In this document: in pieces, positions 36,271 through 50,726 of the stretch
How positions within the stretch are numbered: the first letter of the stretch is position 1
How the letters are laid out: every line of letters begins with the position of its first letter
DNA from: Chrysomallon squamiferum
Taxonomy: Eukaryota; Animalia; Mollusca
NCBI GenBank assembly: GCA_012295275.1
Contig: CM022678.1
Location: forward strand, 10,788,001 to 10,852,000
Length of the DNA stretch: 64,000 nucleotides
Direction of reading: 5' to 3'
Made by a program: the position numbers and the translations under genes
Notes under the pieces: model-generated
Database searches by the model: none
What the model was told of the DNA's origin: nothing
Seen by the model: only the letters and a program-made list of their open reading frames with translations

Positions 36271-39200
36271 TAATATGTTAGCACAGCTATTGAAATGAGG
36301 ATTTCGTAATGGACATTCTCAATATTTCTGAGAGAGACGATTATAAGTATACAGCATAAACAAAGAATAACACGTTACTATTTTACTCAAAACGACTTAT
36401 TTTGTTATTTACATTCAAACCGTAGCAGAATTCCGCGAACTTTTTTCACTTCAATTTACAACCACTATTTACTGAGCGTTTTACCTTCCATTATTTTCTA
36501 ATATATACATGAGAAACCTGCTCTGCGTTCAGGTTTAATGGCTATTCTGTAATTTATCTCCACTTTGGTCAACGTTGGCTTGTTTATCATTCACGTTCAA
36601 AATAAAGCGCACACTCTGATATCGCAAGGAACAGTTTCATTTCACTGGGTCGCTCTCACTAACCAGTAATCTAACGCAGTGAAGTTATATAATATTTAAA
36701 TTAGCATATTTTAAACACGATTTGTTTACGTTAAACTGCTCACACTGAACTATTTGTCACATCTTACTGCATTAAAGTTAGATTTGTAGCTAAACAGTTC
36801 CTCCACACTGTTGTATATAAAATTAAACTAATCCTTTTCTTTTTGTAAATATCATAAATTTAAAACTGGGTTATGGACAGACACAAAAACAACACATCCA
36901 TTGGTCAGCCTTAGTTAGTATGCTGTTTTTAGCATCCACATCACTCAAAGTAACACTAAAATCAAACTAAGATTTTTTTCAAATAAATATATGAATCTGA
37001 AATAAATAAGTCATTAATAATATTTTTAATTAAAAGAAAACTGTGGTTACAGATGGAGACACAGTTCGAGAAAAAACATGAAAATTCATCGAAAATCATA
37101 ATACTGCATTCAGGATGGATAATAAATAAATAAATAAATATATAAATAAAGAAATAAAAGTTATTTTAAGATCGCTAATTCTGCTTGTCTCAAAGTGCCC
37201 AACTTGCTCTGGGTTGATGTAATTATACAATTGGTGTTTGGTGATTATTATGCAGTACAATTAGTCATGTACAACTGGTATCTGAACTGTTTTTAGAGAT
37301 CACATTACACACAGCTGAGAACCAGAAAACTAATTGTTTTAAGATGGAACCAAGTTCATTCTGTAACAGAAACAGTAGACAGAGCTAACACTAGTCCTTA
37401 AAAACAACAGAAGTCCATGAAACAAACTTAACACTCAGAAGATCAAAAGTACAGAAATAAAATGTTCATGATGTGTGTGAATACACAAATGGTCTTTGAA
37501 ATTCCGCTCTCATGTTAGATATAACATATTAGATTATGGAAAGTCTGGTGTGCAGATAGTAGCTGAATAGGGCTTGTACCAATTGCTAAATTTAGTAATG
37601 ACCTATCACATGGTCAATTTTCGGACAAACAATTCAGCTCTGAAAGTGAAGTCTGGTTACAAGCTTACCATGAGTGCTTGTTAAACTTACTGAAAATCAT
37701 TTTCATGGTTCAGAAAGTAAGTAGCAAATTAAACTCAATGAACCCAGGAAATAAACAAATCACATTTCCTTTCTTAATATCAAGACTGATCTTAAAATTT
37801 GTTTTATTTTTTCTTGTAGTGTTGATTAGCTGCATCAGAGAAAATACCAGCAATGGTCAGATCATAAGTAACATTTATTTGCAGTCCAACCACATCAAGA
37901 ACAAAGATAAGAAAACTTTTTTATCTTTCTGTTTCAAATATCCGACTCATCACACCTGTGCTTTTCACTGCCTTTAGTCTCCTGATTACACACATTTTAT
38001 TGTTTCTAATTCAACACCTTTCTGGAGTGGGAACAACGCTTTAGCTGGGTTTGTGTATTGCAGATGATAATGGGTAAAGATCAAATGCTTTTAGTCTTTT
38101 TAGGTAACACACACACACATCACAGTTTCATTTTAACTTTTAACCTCTAAACATTTAAAATAAGACTGAAAAATCATGTTACATGTATAAAGAAAGTTAT
38201 GTTGTGCTATTCAAAGCTGTTAGACACAAGTCATTTGTTTTTTAAAGTGGTATCCTGTGACATTTTACCACTTAAAAATGCAATCATATCACTGTAAATA
38301 CTTTAAAAATGCATCTGAAGTTCCAACATAAATTTCTGAAATTAGTATGTAAAAGTAAATGATGATAATAAATAAATAAGTATATAAAACTTTTAATTTA
38401 ATTCACTGATGACAAAATGTACCAATAATTATAAATATTTTTTTTAATTTAATTCAATGATGATAAAAATGAAAATCCTCCACTCTTTAAACATGAAAAA
38501 CACAGATAAATGCTAATTCATTATTGCTGAAACTGTACAAAAACTTGTTTCTCTTAAACAGTCTAAACATGCAAGTGACGAGTTATTCTATGATGCACAG
38601 GAACTGTGTTCATCTGAATTATGTAGCATGAGGGCGGAGCTACTGATTACAGTGCCACCTAAAAACAGATGCAGGTTGCAAGCTCACCAATAAAGTGAGA
38701 AACAGGACAAATTCTCACCACAAAATGGTGATTTGTTTTATCAACAAAACTTTATTTTAGGTTATTGTAGGTGTGTAAATGGTTGGGGAGGACTGGGTAT
38801 CTCTAATAAATAAATAATATAAGAAAATTAAATCTAAATCAATTTCAAATCTTTGAAAAAAAGTATTTGCTGACCAAACTGAATTACTACTGTGGTTTTT
38901 CAGAGGGATCCGCTACAACTTACAACATTTTTTTTATTAATTTATTCCAGTCACTGCTTTTCAAACATTCTGAATGAGCATGTGATTCTGTATGACATTA
39001 ATTTAGGATAAAAACAGGATGGTTTAAAAACTAGAATTGTACAAACAGCCGTAAATCAGAATACTTTCTTCAGATTCTGAAGTAAGGCAAGGAAAAAGTC
39101 ACTATTTTATTTTCATCATACTTTAATGAACTAGTAATATTTTAAGTATGAAAGCTGTAATGGCATTCAGCCAGTAACAGTTGTTCTTCTCAAAGATGTT

Positions 39201-39529
39201 AATGTACATCAAGTTACTTTCATTGTTAATTATTTAATACAGAAAATTTGTTATCTTATTTTCATTATACTCGAATGAATTGAGAATACTTTTTTCGGTA
39301 TGAAAGTTGTAAAGATATTTGTTCAGTAACACAGATTCTTGTGAAAGAAATTAGTCATGTTAATGTACACCAAGTTACTTGCATGGTTAATTATTTAATA
39401 CAGAAACTGAGGTTAAATACCGTGAACTTGTCTTCAGTAAATCTGGATCCTTTGTAAAACCAGAACATAGTCAATCAGTTGAACTTCAAAGTCTGTTTCC
39501 TCTACTGAAAAGAAATGTAGAGAATTTAA

Positions 39530-39840
39530 TTTATGAACCGACTTAAATTTGTCTGATTGTAAAACATATATTACTGTATGGATGTGAAATCTGGGTTTTC
39601 TAAGTGAGGAATAACTGAAAGAAGTATCATCTTAAGCTTTGCAAATGTGCATAATCATAATTATGTGTTAACATGACAACATTATGCTTGATGTTCTATG
39701 ATGAATTAAAGAGATATCCACTGTATGTGTGTGTTAAAGTAAAGTACATTTTGGGCAAAGGTTGTTAATGGCAATGAAACTAAATTGTCTGATATATTAC
39801 ACATGCTGTCACCATATTACAAATCAAATGCTATATGAAG
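39530..39840 (+). mobile_element. Non-LTR retrotransposon 3' remnant (RTE/RTE-X-like)
   Basis: IVKHILLYGCEIW, LKLCK and LMFYDELKRYPLYVCVK..FWAK match the post-RT motifs VKPILLYGCEIWG and MVYGELGRYPL. Duplicated at ~59690-59995. Confidence 0.7.
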
Positions 39841-40140
39841 TTTATGTTTTAATTTTACAAAATGTAAACTAGACAAATGTGACACACATATAAATAGAAA
39901 TAATTTAAAAAAAAAAAAAAAATTTTAAAATGAATGTACCACTAACATGTAGACTCAGGTACCAATATGTGGTCAAAAGAAGCTGTTAAAAGAATATTAT
40001 GTGAACAGTTGTTACTGTCTGAATTTGTTCATGTTGTTTGTCATTACTATAAAAGCACTAATTTACTTAACCAAAAAGATTTCACTTTCAAACTTAAAAT
40101 GTTCTTATTTCTTTCATAATATGATAGTGTGTTAATGTTT

Positions 40141-40360
40141 TACTATTTAATGCTATATTTCATAGTGGAATATAGTCTATTTGTGTTCTACTAGTACTAT
40201 TTAATGCTATATTTGATAGATTAATATAGTGTGTTTATGTTCTACTATTTAATGCTGTATTTGATAGTGGAATATAGTGTATTTGTGTTCTACTAGTACT
40301 ATTTAATGCTATATTTGATAGATTAATATAGTGTGTTTATGTTCTACTATTTAATGCCAT
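40141..40360. repeat. Alternating 54/48-bp minisatellite (102-bp higher-order repeat)
   Basis: tactatttaatgc starts at 40141, 40195, 40243, 40297 and 40345 (spacings 54, 48, 54, 48). Paralogous array at ~60280-60510. Confidence 0.9.
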
Positions 40361-41933
40361 ATCTGCAATAATTCCTACACTTTGATCAGATGGAAATGAA
40401 ATCCCAATAATGAAAGATAATTACCTTGATATGAGAAATTATTGAAGTATTACTTTCTTTAGCTGTTTCGCAAATGTATTTACATTTGTAATTAATAATG
40501 CACTGATTGTATTCTCTGATGAATTTAAATTAGTAGATAAAAAAAAGGTCTGTATGTTTTTTTTAAAACATTCTATCAGAATATTCAGCAGCAATTTTAC
40601 AGATGAGCCTTTAAATTCACATATGATAAAGAAACTGAAATTGCTAAATACCTTGGACTTGTCTGAACTAAGTCTGGATGCTTCAAAAATACCAAAATCG
40701 TTTAATCAATTGGTCTGAAAAAACAAGAAAAAAAATATAAATATATTATATACGTGGAGAATTTATCAGCAGACTTTCACCTTTGTTTGACAAGACTTCA
40801 AAATGATGAAAATCTATATTACCTGGATGCAGAATTTGAGCTTTAACAAATTTAGGTTCAACGTAAGACATACTTTCAAATTCAAAATCTACATATATAT
40901 GTGAAGATCAATGGTGTATGATGAATTTGTGATATATCCATTGCCTTCAGTCGACTGGAGAAACTAGTTTATAAAATAGGTTCGGCGTTTATCTTTGAAC
41001 TGGTTATTTTATTTCTTTATTGTCGTTTTACTGAAAATGTGTTAATCAATTTTATGCTACCTTAAATAAAAAAATAACAATACTAGGGCAACCGTTATAC
41101 CAAAGTCTTTAGGACAAGAAAAAAACAACAAAAAAAAACAACCGAGTATCGGTTTACCACGAAAACAGTCGTTACAATGCTATCAATCGTATGCTAGTTC
41201 TATTTTCCTCAAAACAGACTTCAAATCGTAGCAGTATTCCGCGATAAATTCTTATTTCAACTTACAAGCAGTGTTTTAAAGATTACCTTCCATTCATTTT
41301 TAACATGTACACGAAAAACTTGTTCAACGTCCAGTCTTAATGGCAATTATGTGGTTTATCTCCCCTTTGTTTAACACTGACTTGTTTTCTTTATCATTTT
41401 CCTCCAAAATAATGTGCGCACTGTAATATCGCAAATAACACTTTTATTTCTTTTTATCGCTCCGTCTAAGCTAATCCTGGGATGGCTATAAAAGTAAATC
41501 AAGCAAACAGTACCCAATATTTCTGTATCTGTAAATTAGCTTTTTATATAATAACAATTAGTATGTTTAAGTATTTGAATATTTGAAATATATATATACT
41601 TGTTTACATGTTTGTTTGTTTGTCTATTTATTTATTTAACAGACGCATAAATACAGATACTAATGAAGTTGGTGATGATTTGTGGTTGTAGATAGAAAAG
41701 TCACATTTACTAACCTACTTACGCCATTTTTCACTGAAGTCGCGCTTTTGTTTTGAATGACAGTCCGTATCTTGAGGAAATCACGCGACATTCTGAATCC
41801 TTTCTTTCATTTTTCTTCTTTTTATATATTACATAGATGTTCTTCTTCTCTGTCATATTTTATCTTTCTTTTTCCCCTTGTTCTCTTCTTAATATTTTGT
41901 ATTTCATTTGTACTCTTCAGTCAAGGGGGGGGG

Positions 41934-41974
<41 letters not shown>

Positions 41975-43324
41975 TGTCTGTTTCAGTTTTAATTGTCTCT
42001 AAGGACATGATTTATTATTGGTCTCTGTTATCTTTTCTGTCTTCCATATTTATCTCTCTCTCTCTGTGTGTGTGTGTGTGTGTGTGTTTGTGTGTGTGTG
42101 TGATACATATATTTCTCTATTTATATTTATTCATCTGCATGTGTAGAAATTTGTAATTTATGTTGATATTTTTATTTTATTTCTCAAACATGTCTTCTTA
42201 TTTATTTGAACTCAGGTTTCCATTCCAACATTTGTGTGTACATTTCTCTTTTTACGTCTGTGTCCAGTTTAATAAATGAAATTTCGTACTTTTTTTTTTT
42301 AAACTAATGTTGTATATAATGTGTTCATAAATATAAATATGATCAAAGTCAAAATAAAAAGCATTTACGATCACCATTTCTTTTATAGTTTCATAAAAAA
42401 AAAAATATGATTTCACTGCTTAATTGTCTCACAAAAGTATATATATCTGTAATTAATAACACACTGATGTTATTCTCCGATCAAGTTGAATTACCAGAAT
42501 AAAGAATCAGTTCGTTTTCTTCAGATTACACAATTCCCACATCTGATAACATTTTTGTATCAACTTATTCCAATTACTTAAAGGAATATAAGAAAACTAT
42601 GTCCTGGGATTTCATTGATTTTATAAATGGAAAGATTTCTTTGCAAGTAGGATTAACAAAAAGATCATTTTTTTTTTTTTTTTTTTTTTTATTCATTTAA
42701 AAGTGATCTAGTAACACGTTTAACCACAAGCATTCTATTAGAATATTCTCTTTCAGTTTTGGAGCAACGTTTCTACATGCACATAATAAAGAAATATGAT
42801 TATATATACCTACACGTCAATATTACTTAGCTTTCTTATTTCTAGATAAGGATAAATGTAACTTCATTTTCATTCAAAGACTCTCATGTAAACATGTCTT
42901 TAAATGTACATAATTATAAATACAAATCATAGATTTATGGAATGTATGTACAGACAACCAGACGTAAAGAAAACACTATTTCTGAAATTAACACAATCTG
43001 TAATAAAAGTAACAATGAACTGATCAAAGTTCAGATGACGTCAAATGTCTACTGTCGTTATGCTATAGTAGTAGCAGTGGTAATACTAGTAGCAACAGTA
43101 GTAATAGTAGTGCTGATAGAAGAAGTAAATTTGTTATCTAGCAAATTACTCAAAACTAATATTCTTAATTAACTTGTGCTAAATGTTGTTTATTACAAAA
43201 CATTTGATGGTTACATTTTCTTCTTTATTTCACAGATTATCACTTTTATATTGAGTTATCAACAGTCATTTCTCGAACATTTCTCTTAAAAATGGGACTT
43301 CGTGTGCTAATCTAGATACCAGCT

Positions 43325-43550
43325 TGTTGGAAATATTTCACATGAACTCCACATTTAAAACGCTTCTCACCACCGTGTCTTCATGTGACCTTTTAGAACA
43401 TCTCCTCGTGAGAAACATTTTGCACAAACCTCACATTTGAAAGGTTTCTCTCCAGTATGGAATCTCACCTCATGTTCTACATGAAAACGTAGTGAGAAAC
43501 ATTTAGCACAAACTTCACATTTAAAAGGTGATTACTGTAACTTGCCATGT
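43325..43550 (-). pseudogene. C2H2 zinc-finger pseudogene A' (internally deleted paralog of A)
   Basis: Same flanks as pseudogene A but only ~2 finger units remain. Confidence 0.75.
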
Positions 43551-44948
43551 TAATGTTTATATTCTTATTTCTAGAAAATTAATTCCATACATTGTCTCTT
43601 GTAACCTTCATTAGGTTACCCTAACTACTATAATTATATCTTAGTAAAGATTCACAAATCAGACGTGTTTTAAATGTACTGTGACGTGGTATAAAATACG
43701 GATTCTACCTGTAATATCAGTGGTCATCCTTACTTTCAAGACTGCCTAATCTTTCTAAGTACTACATAAAACCATTCCTGAACATCAGTTTATCTACATT
43801 ATGTTTGTTTTCCTCTGTGTTCATCAACGTGTTTATATAATTTGTTGTATCTGTATATATTGGTATTCCGTCCGAAATCTTCCTAAATTCAGTTTGAACA
43901 CAGACGAAGTTGCCGTACATTTTAAGTTGTAAAAAATAGTGTTTAAGATGATTATATCAATTAAATGTATCACTATATAAACTATTATCATTGCTTTTTA
44001 CACATTAAAAAGAAAAAAGTTAAAATAATGACAATCAATTAAATAAAAGTATCAGTAGCGTATTTTAGTTATTGTAATCATTGTACGCCAAGTGATTTGT
44101 GTCCCATCACTTCTGAGCTATTTTAAATTATAACATCAACTGCTTCTTTTGTTTATAACACAAACGTCAATAAGTCGTATGTCAGTTGAAAATCATTTGC
44201 AATGTTATGTCCTCCAAAGTAGCGTTTCTCTTCAAATATCGGTAAGATTAAATGTTCCATTGTGTATATGGAATGGCATTAACCGTGAATATTCGTCTAT
44301 TTTTATTTTAAAATTAGCATCAAAGGATGCATTTGGATATATTGCCATATTTTCTTTAATTTTTCTGTATATGTATAACGCAGAAGACGTCGGAACTGTC
44401 GAAGAACATGCCGTCTACATCATTGTTATAAGTTAATAAAACAATCATTTTAAAGAAGGTCTAGATGCACGCAAAACAGTAAATACTCGTATGCATAATT
44501 ATAAATACAAAAATGATGGATATTGGCATTGTCTGCATCAATACAGAAAAACATACTGACAGAAAACACCTCAAAAGATATCTTAATCTGTTATTAGATT
44601 AACAATGAATTAATGACAGTTCAGATGACATTTAATATCCAGAGTAGTGATGTTGCTGTAGTAGTAGTGGTAGCAGTACTAGAAACATTAGCAGCAGTAT
44701 CAGCCGTAGTAAAAGTGCTGCTACTACTTAGAACTGTGAAATAGAAAATCATACTATTCCAGATTTGTTCTCTAGCAAACCAATCAAAACTCGTATTTAT
44801 AATTAACCTTTCTTAAGTGTTGTTTATTATAAAAAGTATTTCATGGTAACTTTTTCTCTTCTATGTCATAAATTATTATCACTAATTCTTCAAACGTTTC
44901 TCATAAAAGTGGGACTTCGTGTGACATGTTAGCACATTTTGCACGAGC

Positions 44949-47030
44949 TCAACATTTAAAACGTTTATCACCCCTATGTGTCTTCATGTGATTTTTAAGA
45001 ACATCTCTATGTGAAAAACGTTTACCACAAACTTCACATTTGAAACGTTTCTCTCCAGTATGGATCGTCATATGATATTTTAAACTCGAACGCTGTGAGA
45101 AACATTTGGCACAAACTTCACATTTAAAAGGTTTCTCTCCAGTATGGATCGTCATATGAAACTTTAAACTCGAGCGCTGTGAGAAACATTTGGCACAAAC
45201 TTCACATTTAAAAGGTTTCACTCCAGTATGGACCATCGAGTGATCTCTTAGATTCGAACTGCACGAGAAACATTTTGTACAAACATCACATTGAAAAGGT
45301 TTCTCTCCAGTATGGATCGTCATATGAAACTTTAAACTCGAGCGCTGTGAGAAACATTTTCTATAAACCTCACATTTAAAAGGTTTCTCTCCAGTATGGA
45401 CCATCCTGTGATTTCTTAGATTCGAACTGCTCGAGAAACATTTTGCACAAACTTCACATTTGAAACGTTTCTCTCCAGTATGGATCGTCATATGAAACTT
45501 TTAACTCGAACGCTGTGAGAAACATTTTGCACAAACCTCACATTTAAAAGGTTTCTCTACTGTATGGATCGTCATATGAAACTTTAAACTCGAGCGCTGT
45601 GAGAAACATTTTCTACAAACCTCACATTTAAAAGGTTTCTCTCCAGTATGGACCATCGTGTGATTTCTTAGATTCGAACTGCACGAGAAACATTTTGCAC
45701 AAACTTCACATTTAAAAGGTCTGTCACCAGTACAGCATTTCATTTGGTGTTTTGCATATAGACGTTTTCAGAACCGTTTTTTACAAACTTTATATCTAAA
45801 ACGTCTAATAGTTGCATGCAACTTCATGTGGATTTTTAGAACTGAATTGAGTGTGAAGCATTTTGAACAAACGTCACATTTAAAAGGTTTCTCACAAGAG
45901 TGAACCTTCATGTGACATTTTAGACTATCTGCTCCTGACAAACATTTTCCACAAATTACACATTTAAAAGATTTCTCACCAGTGTGGACTTTCATATGCC
46001 TTTTCAGAGTCGCACTTTGTGAGAATGATTTTGAACAAAGTTCACATTTATACGGTGTCTAACCAGTATGGATCATCTTATGGCTTCTTAGACTCGAAGA
46101 GTGTAAGAAAGATTTTGCACAAACTTCGCATTTAAAAGATCTAATCCTGGTATGAACTGTCATGTGACGTTTTAGATTTGAACTCCTTGAGAAAGATTTT
46201 GCACAAACTTCACATTTAAAAGGTTTCTCTCCAGTGTGTACGGTCATGTGATTGCTTAAACTCGATCTGCTTAAGAAACATTTTTCACAAACTTCACATT
46301 GAAAAAATTTCTCTCTAGTGTGTACTCTCGTGTGATATCTTAGACATGAATTTTGTTTGAAAGATTTTGCGCAAACCTGACATTTAAAAGGTTTGTCTAC
46401 AGTATGGACTTTCATATGATGTTGTAGTTTGCAATTGTATGGGAAACACATTCCACAAATTTCACATTTAAAAGGTTTCTCATTAGTGTGGTTCTTCATA
46501 TGAGATTTTAGATTTGAACTCTGTGAGAAAGATTTTTCACAAACTTCACATTTAAAAGGTTTCTCTCCAGTGTGTACGGTCATGTGATTGCTTAAATTCG
46601 ATCTGCTTAAGAAACATTTTTCACAAACTTCACATTGAAATAATTTCTCTCTAGTGTGTACTCTTGTGTGATGTCTTAGACATGAATTTAGTTTGAAAGA
46701 TTTTGCGCAAACCACACATTTAAAAGGTTTGTCTACAGTATGGACTTTCATATGATGTTGTAGTTTGCAACTGTATGAGAAACACTTTCCACAAATTTCA
46801 CATTTAAAAGGTTTCTCATTAGTGTGGTTCTTCATATGACTTTTCAGATTTGAACCCTGTGAGAAAGATTTTTCACAAACTTCACATTTAAAAGGTTTCT
46901 CTCCAGTATGGATTCTGATATGATTTTCTATAAGTTGACGATTTGAGAAACATTTTGAACAAACTTCACATTTAAAAGGTTTCTTACCAGAATGAATGCT
47001 GAATAATTCTTCATAACTTTTAGCTGCCAT
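44949..47030 (-). pseudogene. C2H2 zinc-finger gene D: one 24-finger reading frame with three in-frame stops (46059-47030 could still give an 11-finger, 323-aa protein)
   Basis: ORFs 46059-47030, 45768-45995, 45501-45743 and 44949-45491 are all in the same frame, separated by TAG (46059-46061), TGA (45768-45770) and TAA (45501-45503). Confidence 0.85.
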
Positions 47031-48369
47031 GGTAATTTTTATATTCTATCTTTTAAAAATCATCTCTCACACATTTCGCATTTAAACCCTTTCTCTCTGC
47101 TGTAAACTCTGTTTCATTGGGTTGCCATGACTACTGTAATTTCGTCGCACCACAAAATTCCCAAATCAGAGGTGTTTTGAACGTACTGTGACGATGATGT
47201 AAAATACAGAGTGAATTAACTCTCCTAAAGTGTAAAGTGTTCATTTATTAAAACACATCAAGTTTGCAATTTCAAGGAATTATATTTTTCACTTCACATC
47301 TGAATCTCATTTTCATAAAAATCTGGAATTGTGATGTTTAGGTTCGATTTATTTCTGAAAATATAAAATATAAATAACATGTTAAATTAGAATATTTATT
47401 GAAAACCTTGGAGAAAAGCAAACGAGAAATCTGTTATCTGTTTTATTTTATTGACATTTAAATGATCTAGTAACGTACGAAAATTCTAGCAGAACCAGTA
47501 GATCATTTACATCAACTGTTTTGTTTTGGGAAAACTTGACGTTAAAACTTAATGACCAAGACAAAAACTATGATTATTGTTTTTCAAGATGTATTTTTAG
47601 AATAATTTTTTAAAGATTTGGACTTGTGTTAATTAGATCTGGATCCTTCTTAAATAACAAGAAAGATTCAATCAATGAGCTTCAAAGTATACTTAATCTG
47701 AAAAATTTACCGTAACAGCCCAGTAATGTAATAATCTATAGTTTTCAGAATATTTTCGAGGTACTTTATTTTATATTTGTTTACCGACTGTTAACCATTA
47801 GATGGTATAATTATTGTGTCAAAAATAATGTTATACAATCGTTCCTAAAAAGATAACAATTTTAACAGAATACTTAAAATATTCACTAACAATATAGTTT
47901 TATCCTGCTGATTGATTACAATGGATTACAACTGATTTCCTCGGCTGTATTACAAACCACATATTTCGTTTCATTTATAATTACAGGATTCAAATTCAGA
48001 CTAAACAGTTTATAAATTCAGAATCAACGTCTGCGGTTAAGAACAAAAGTCTGTAAGACCAAATGCTGCATTTTGTACGTACACGGAATCGGGATAGGCG
48101 TTTCTAATAGTTTCAGTATACTACGTTTTGCCACTGTGATAGTAGACATTAACTGATCTATTCACTAAACATGTTAGGGAAATTTCTTATAAAGACGTAA
48201 CTGAAAATCTGACAATAAAATGAATCTGATAAAAGTCATTAGTGAACGTTAGAAAAAAAAAGTTTGAAAAAAAAGGAAAACGCTGAATACATTATTAAAT
48301 TGGCGATTTAGACCTATCTTCCTTCACAGTCTGCCGTATATTTGACAAATAACCCCGTATTTCGTAATG

Positions 48370-48463
<94 letters not shown>

Positions 48464-48782
48464 GAGCATCATAAGTATGCAGCATAAACACACTACATGT
48501 CTGTCAATTTGTAATTGTATAAACACAAATATAGATTTTATGAAATTTACAGAATTTAAACTCACTGTCAGATTACTTTGACAATATTGTAAAACCAATA
48601 TTATTCTGTGTTAGTGAAATGTGAGATTTCAATAACTCAGCAATACTTGGAAATACCTTGTTCTACAATCTCTACATAAAAATAAATTTCTGTTAAAGTT
48701 GTGCACTTAACTGCGTTTTATGTTACGACCGTTTGGTTGTGTATTTATCGTTTGTATTCGACGTTGTATACTCCTGTGATTT

Positions 48783-49303
48783 TGCGTATTTGGTTCACAT
48801 ACTAAATACTATCACTACATGCGTAGTTGGTTCACATACTAAATACTATCACTACATGCGTATTTGGTTCACATACTAAATACTATCACTACATGCGTAG
48901 TTGGTTCACATACTAAATACTATCACTACATGCGTAGTTGGTTCACATACTAAATACTATCACTACATGCGTAGTTGGTTCACATACTAAATACTATCAC
49001 TACATGCGTATTTGGTTCACATACTAAATACTATCACTACATGCGTATTTGGTTCACATACTAAATACTATCACTACAGGCGTATTTGGTTCACATACTA
49101 AATACTATCACTACATGCGTAGTTGGTTCACATACTAAATACTATCACTACATGCGTATTTGGTTCACATACTAAATACTATCACTACATGCGTATTTGG
49201 TTCACATACTAAATACTATCACTACATGCGTATTTGGTTCACATACTAAATACTATTACTACATGCGTATTTGGTTGACATACTAAATACTATAACTACA
49301 TGC
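48783..49303. repeat. 37-bp minisatellite, ~14 copies
   Basis: Same unit as 31371-32039. Confidence 0.97.
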
Positions 49304-50726
49304 CACTCAGTGTTCACGTAGAATAACCCTCTGTAAATTGAGTGTTTGTTCAGCAGAGTGGTGATGTTGGCAGGTTTTTATTAATGTTTATTTATCATTA
49401 GCAGGTTTTTTTCTTTAAAGTTCAATGAGTGTCGTTCATCCTTGCGTGTTTTGCTACGAATATACTACGTTTGCCACTATCAAAGCAATTGTTTGAAGTG
49501 TAATTGATGATGGAGTGTTGTGTAACTTCAATGTAGAAAGTATGCCACAATGACAATATATATAATCTGAAGAGTCAATCCACAAGGGTGATAATGGTAG
49601 CAGAGTACACAAATGTAATTTAGCGTATTTAGTTCACATACTAAGTTCTATCACTACATGTCAGTCAAAGTTCAGGTGCAACAACCCACACCTTTCTCTT
49701 TTTAGTACTAAAGAATCTACCAACTCAACAGTAAGAAATCATATTAAATCCTCTTTATTCAACAATGTCATACATCAAAGACATAACTGCTTTTTACATT
49801 TTAAAAATAAATAATAATAATAAAATAATCACAATATATTAAATAAAAGTATCATTTGCGTCTTCTAGTTACTGTATGATTGTATGCCAATTGTTTGTGT
49901 ATCATCACTTATGACCTAAGTTTTACGTTATAACATCAACTGTCTCTTTTGTGTATAACACAAATGTTAATTAGTCGTCAGTTGAAAATCATTTCCAATG
50001 TTATGTCCTCCAAAGTAGCGTTTGTCATCAAATTAAATGTTCCATTGTGTATATGGAATGGCATTAGCCGTGAATATTCGTCTATTTTTGTTTTAAATTT
50101 AGCATCAAAGGATGCATTTGGATATATTGCCATATTTTCTTTTATTTTTCTGTATATGTATAATGCAGAAGACGTCGGTACTGATGAAGAACATGCAGTC
50201 TACACGATTGCTATAAGTTAATAAAACAATCATTTTAAAGAAGGTCTAGCTGCACACAAAACAGAGTAATAGCAATGTGTAGCAACAGTAGGAGTATTAG
50301 TGCAAATGCTTACAGTAAATACACGTATGCATAATTATAAAAACAAAAATGATGGATATTGGCATTGTCTGTGTCAATACAGAAAAACATACTGACCGAA
50401 AACACCCCAAAAGATATCTTAATCTGTTATTAGAGTAACAATGAATTAATGACAGTTCAGATGAAATCTACTATCCAGTGTCGTGATGTTACTGTAGTAG
50501 TAGTATCAACATTAGGAGCATTATCAACAGTAGTAACAGTACTGCTACTAGTTAGAAATCTGAAATACAAAATCATATTATTCCAGATTTGTTCTCTAGC
50601 AAACCAATCAAAACTCGTATTTATAATTAACCTTTCTTAGGTGTTTTGTTTATTATAAAATGTATTTCATGGTTAGTTTTTCTCTTCTATGTCATAAATT
50701 ATTATCAATAATTTTTCAAACGTATT

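Larger units (their letters stand above)
24528..41188. repeat. Segmental duplication unit 1 (~16.7 kb) of the zinc-finger cluster
   Basis: The anchor gtatgctagttct.ttttcctca recurs at 24539, 41189 and 61537, and long colinear blocks are shared (e.g. 34500-41190 vs 54600-61540). Confidence 0.9.

Noticed and set aside
37200-38080. Possible decayed coding or transposase sequence (duplicated at ~57370-58260)
   Set aside because: Slightly GC-richer, but I recognise no motif and all frames have stops; it needs a blastx search before any call.
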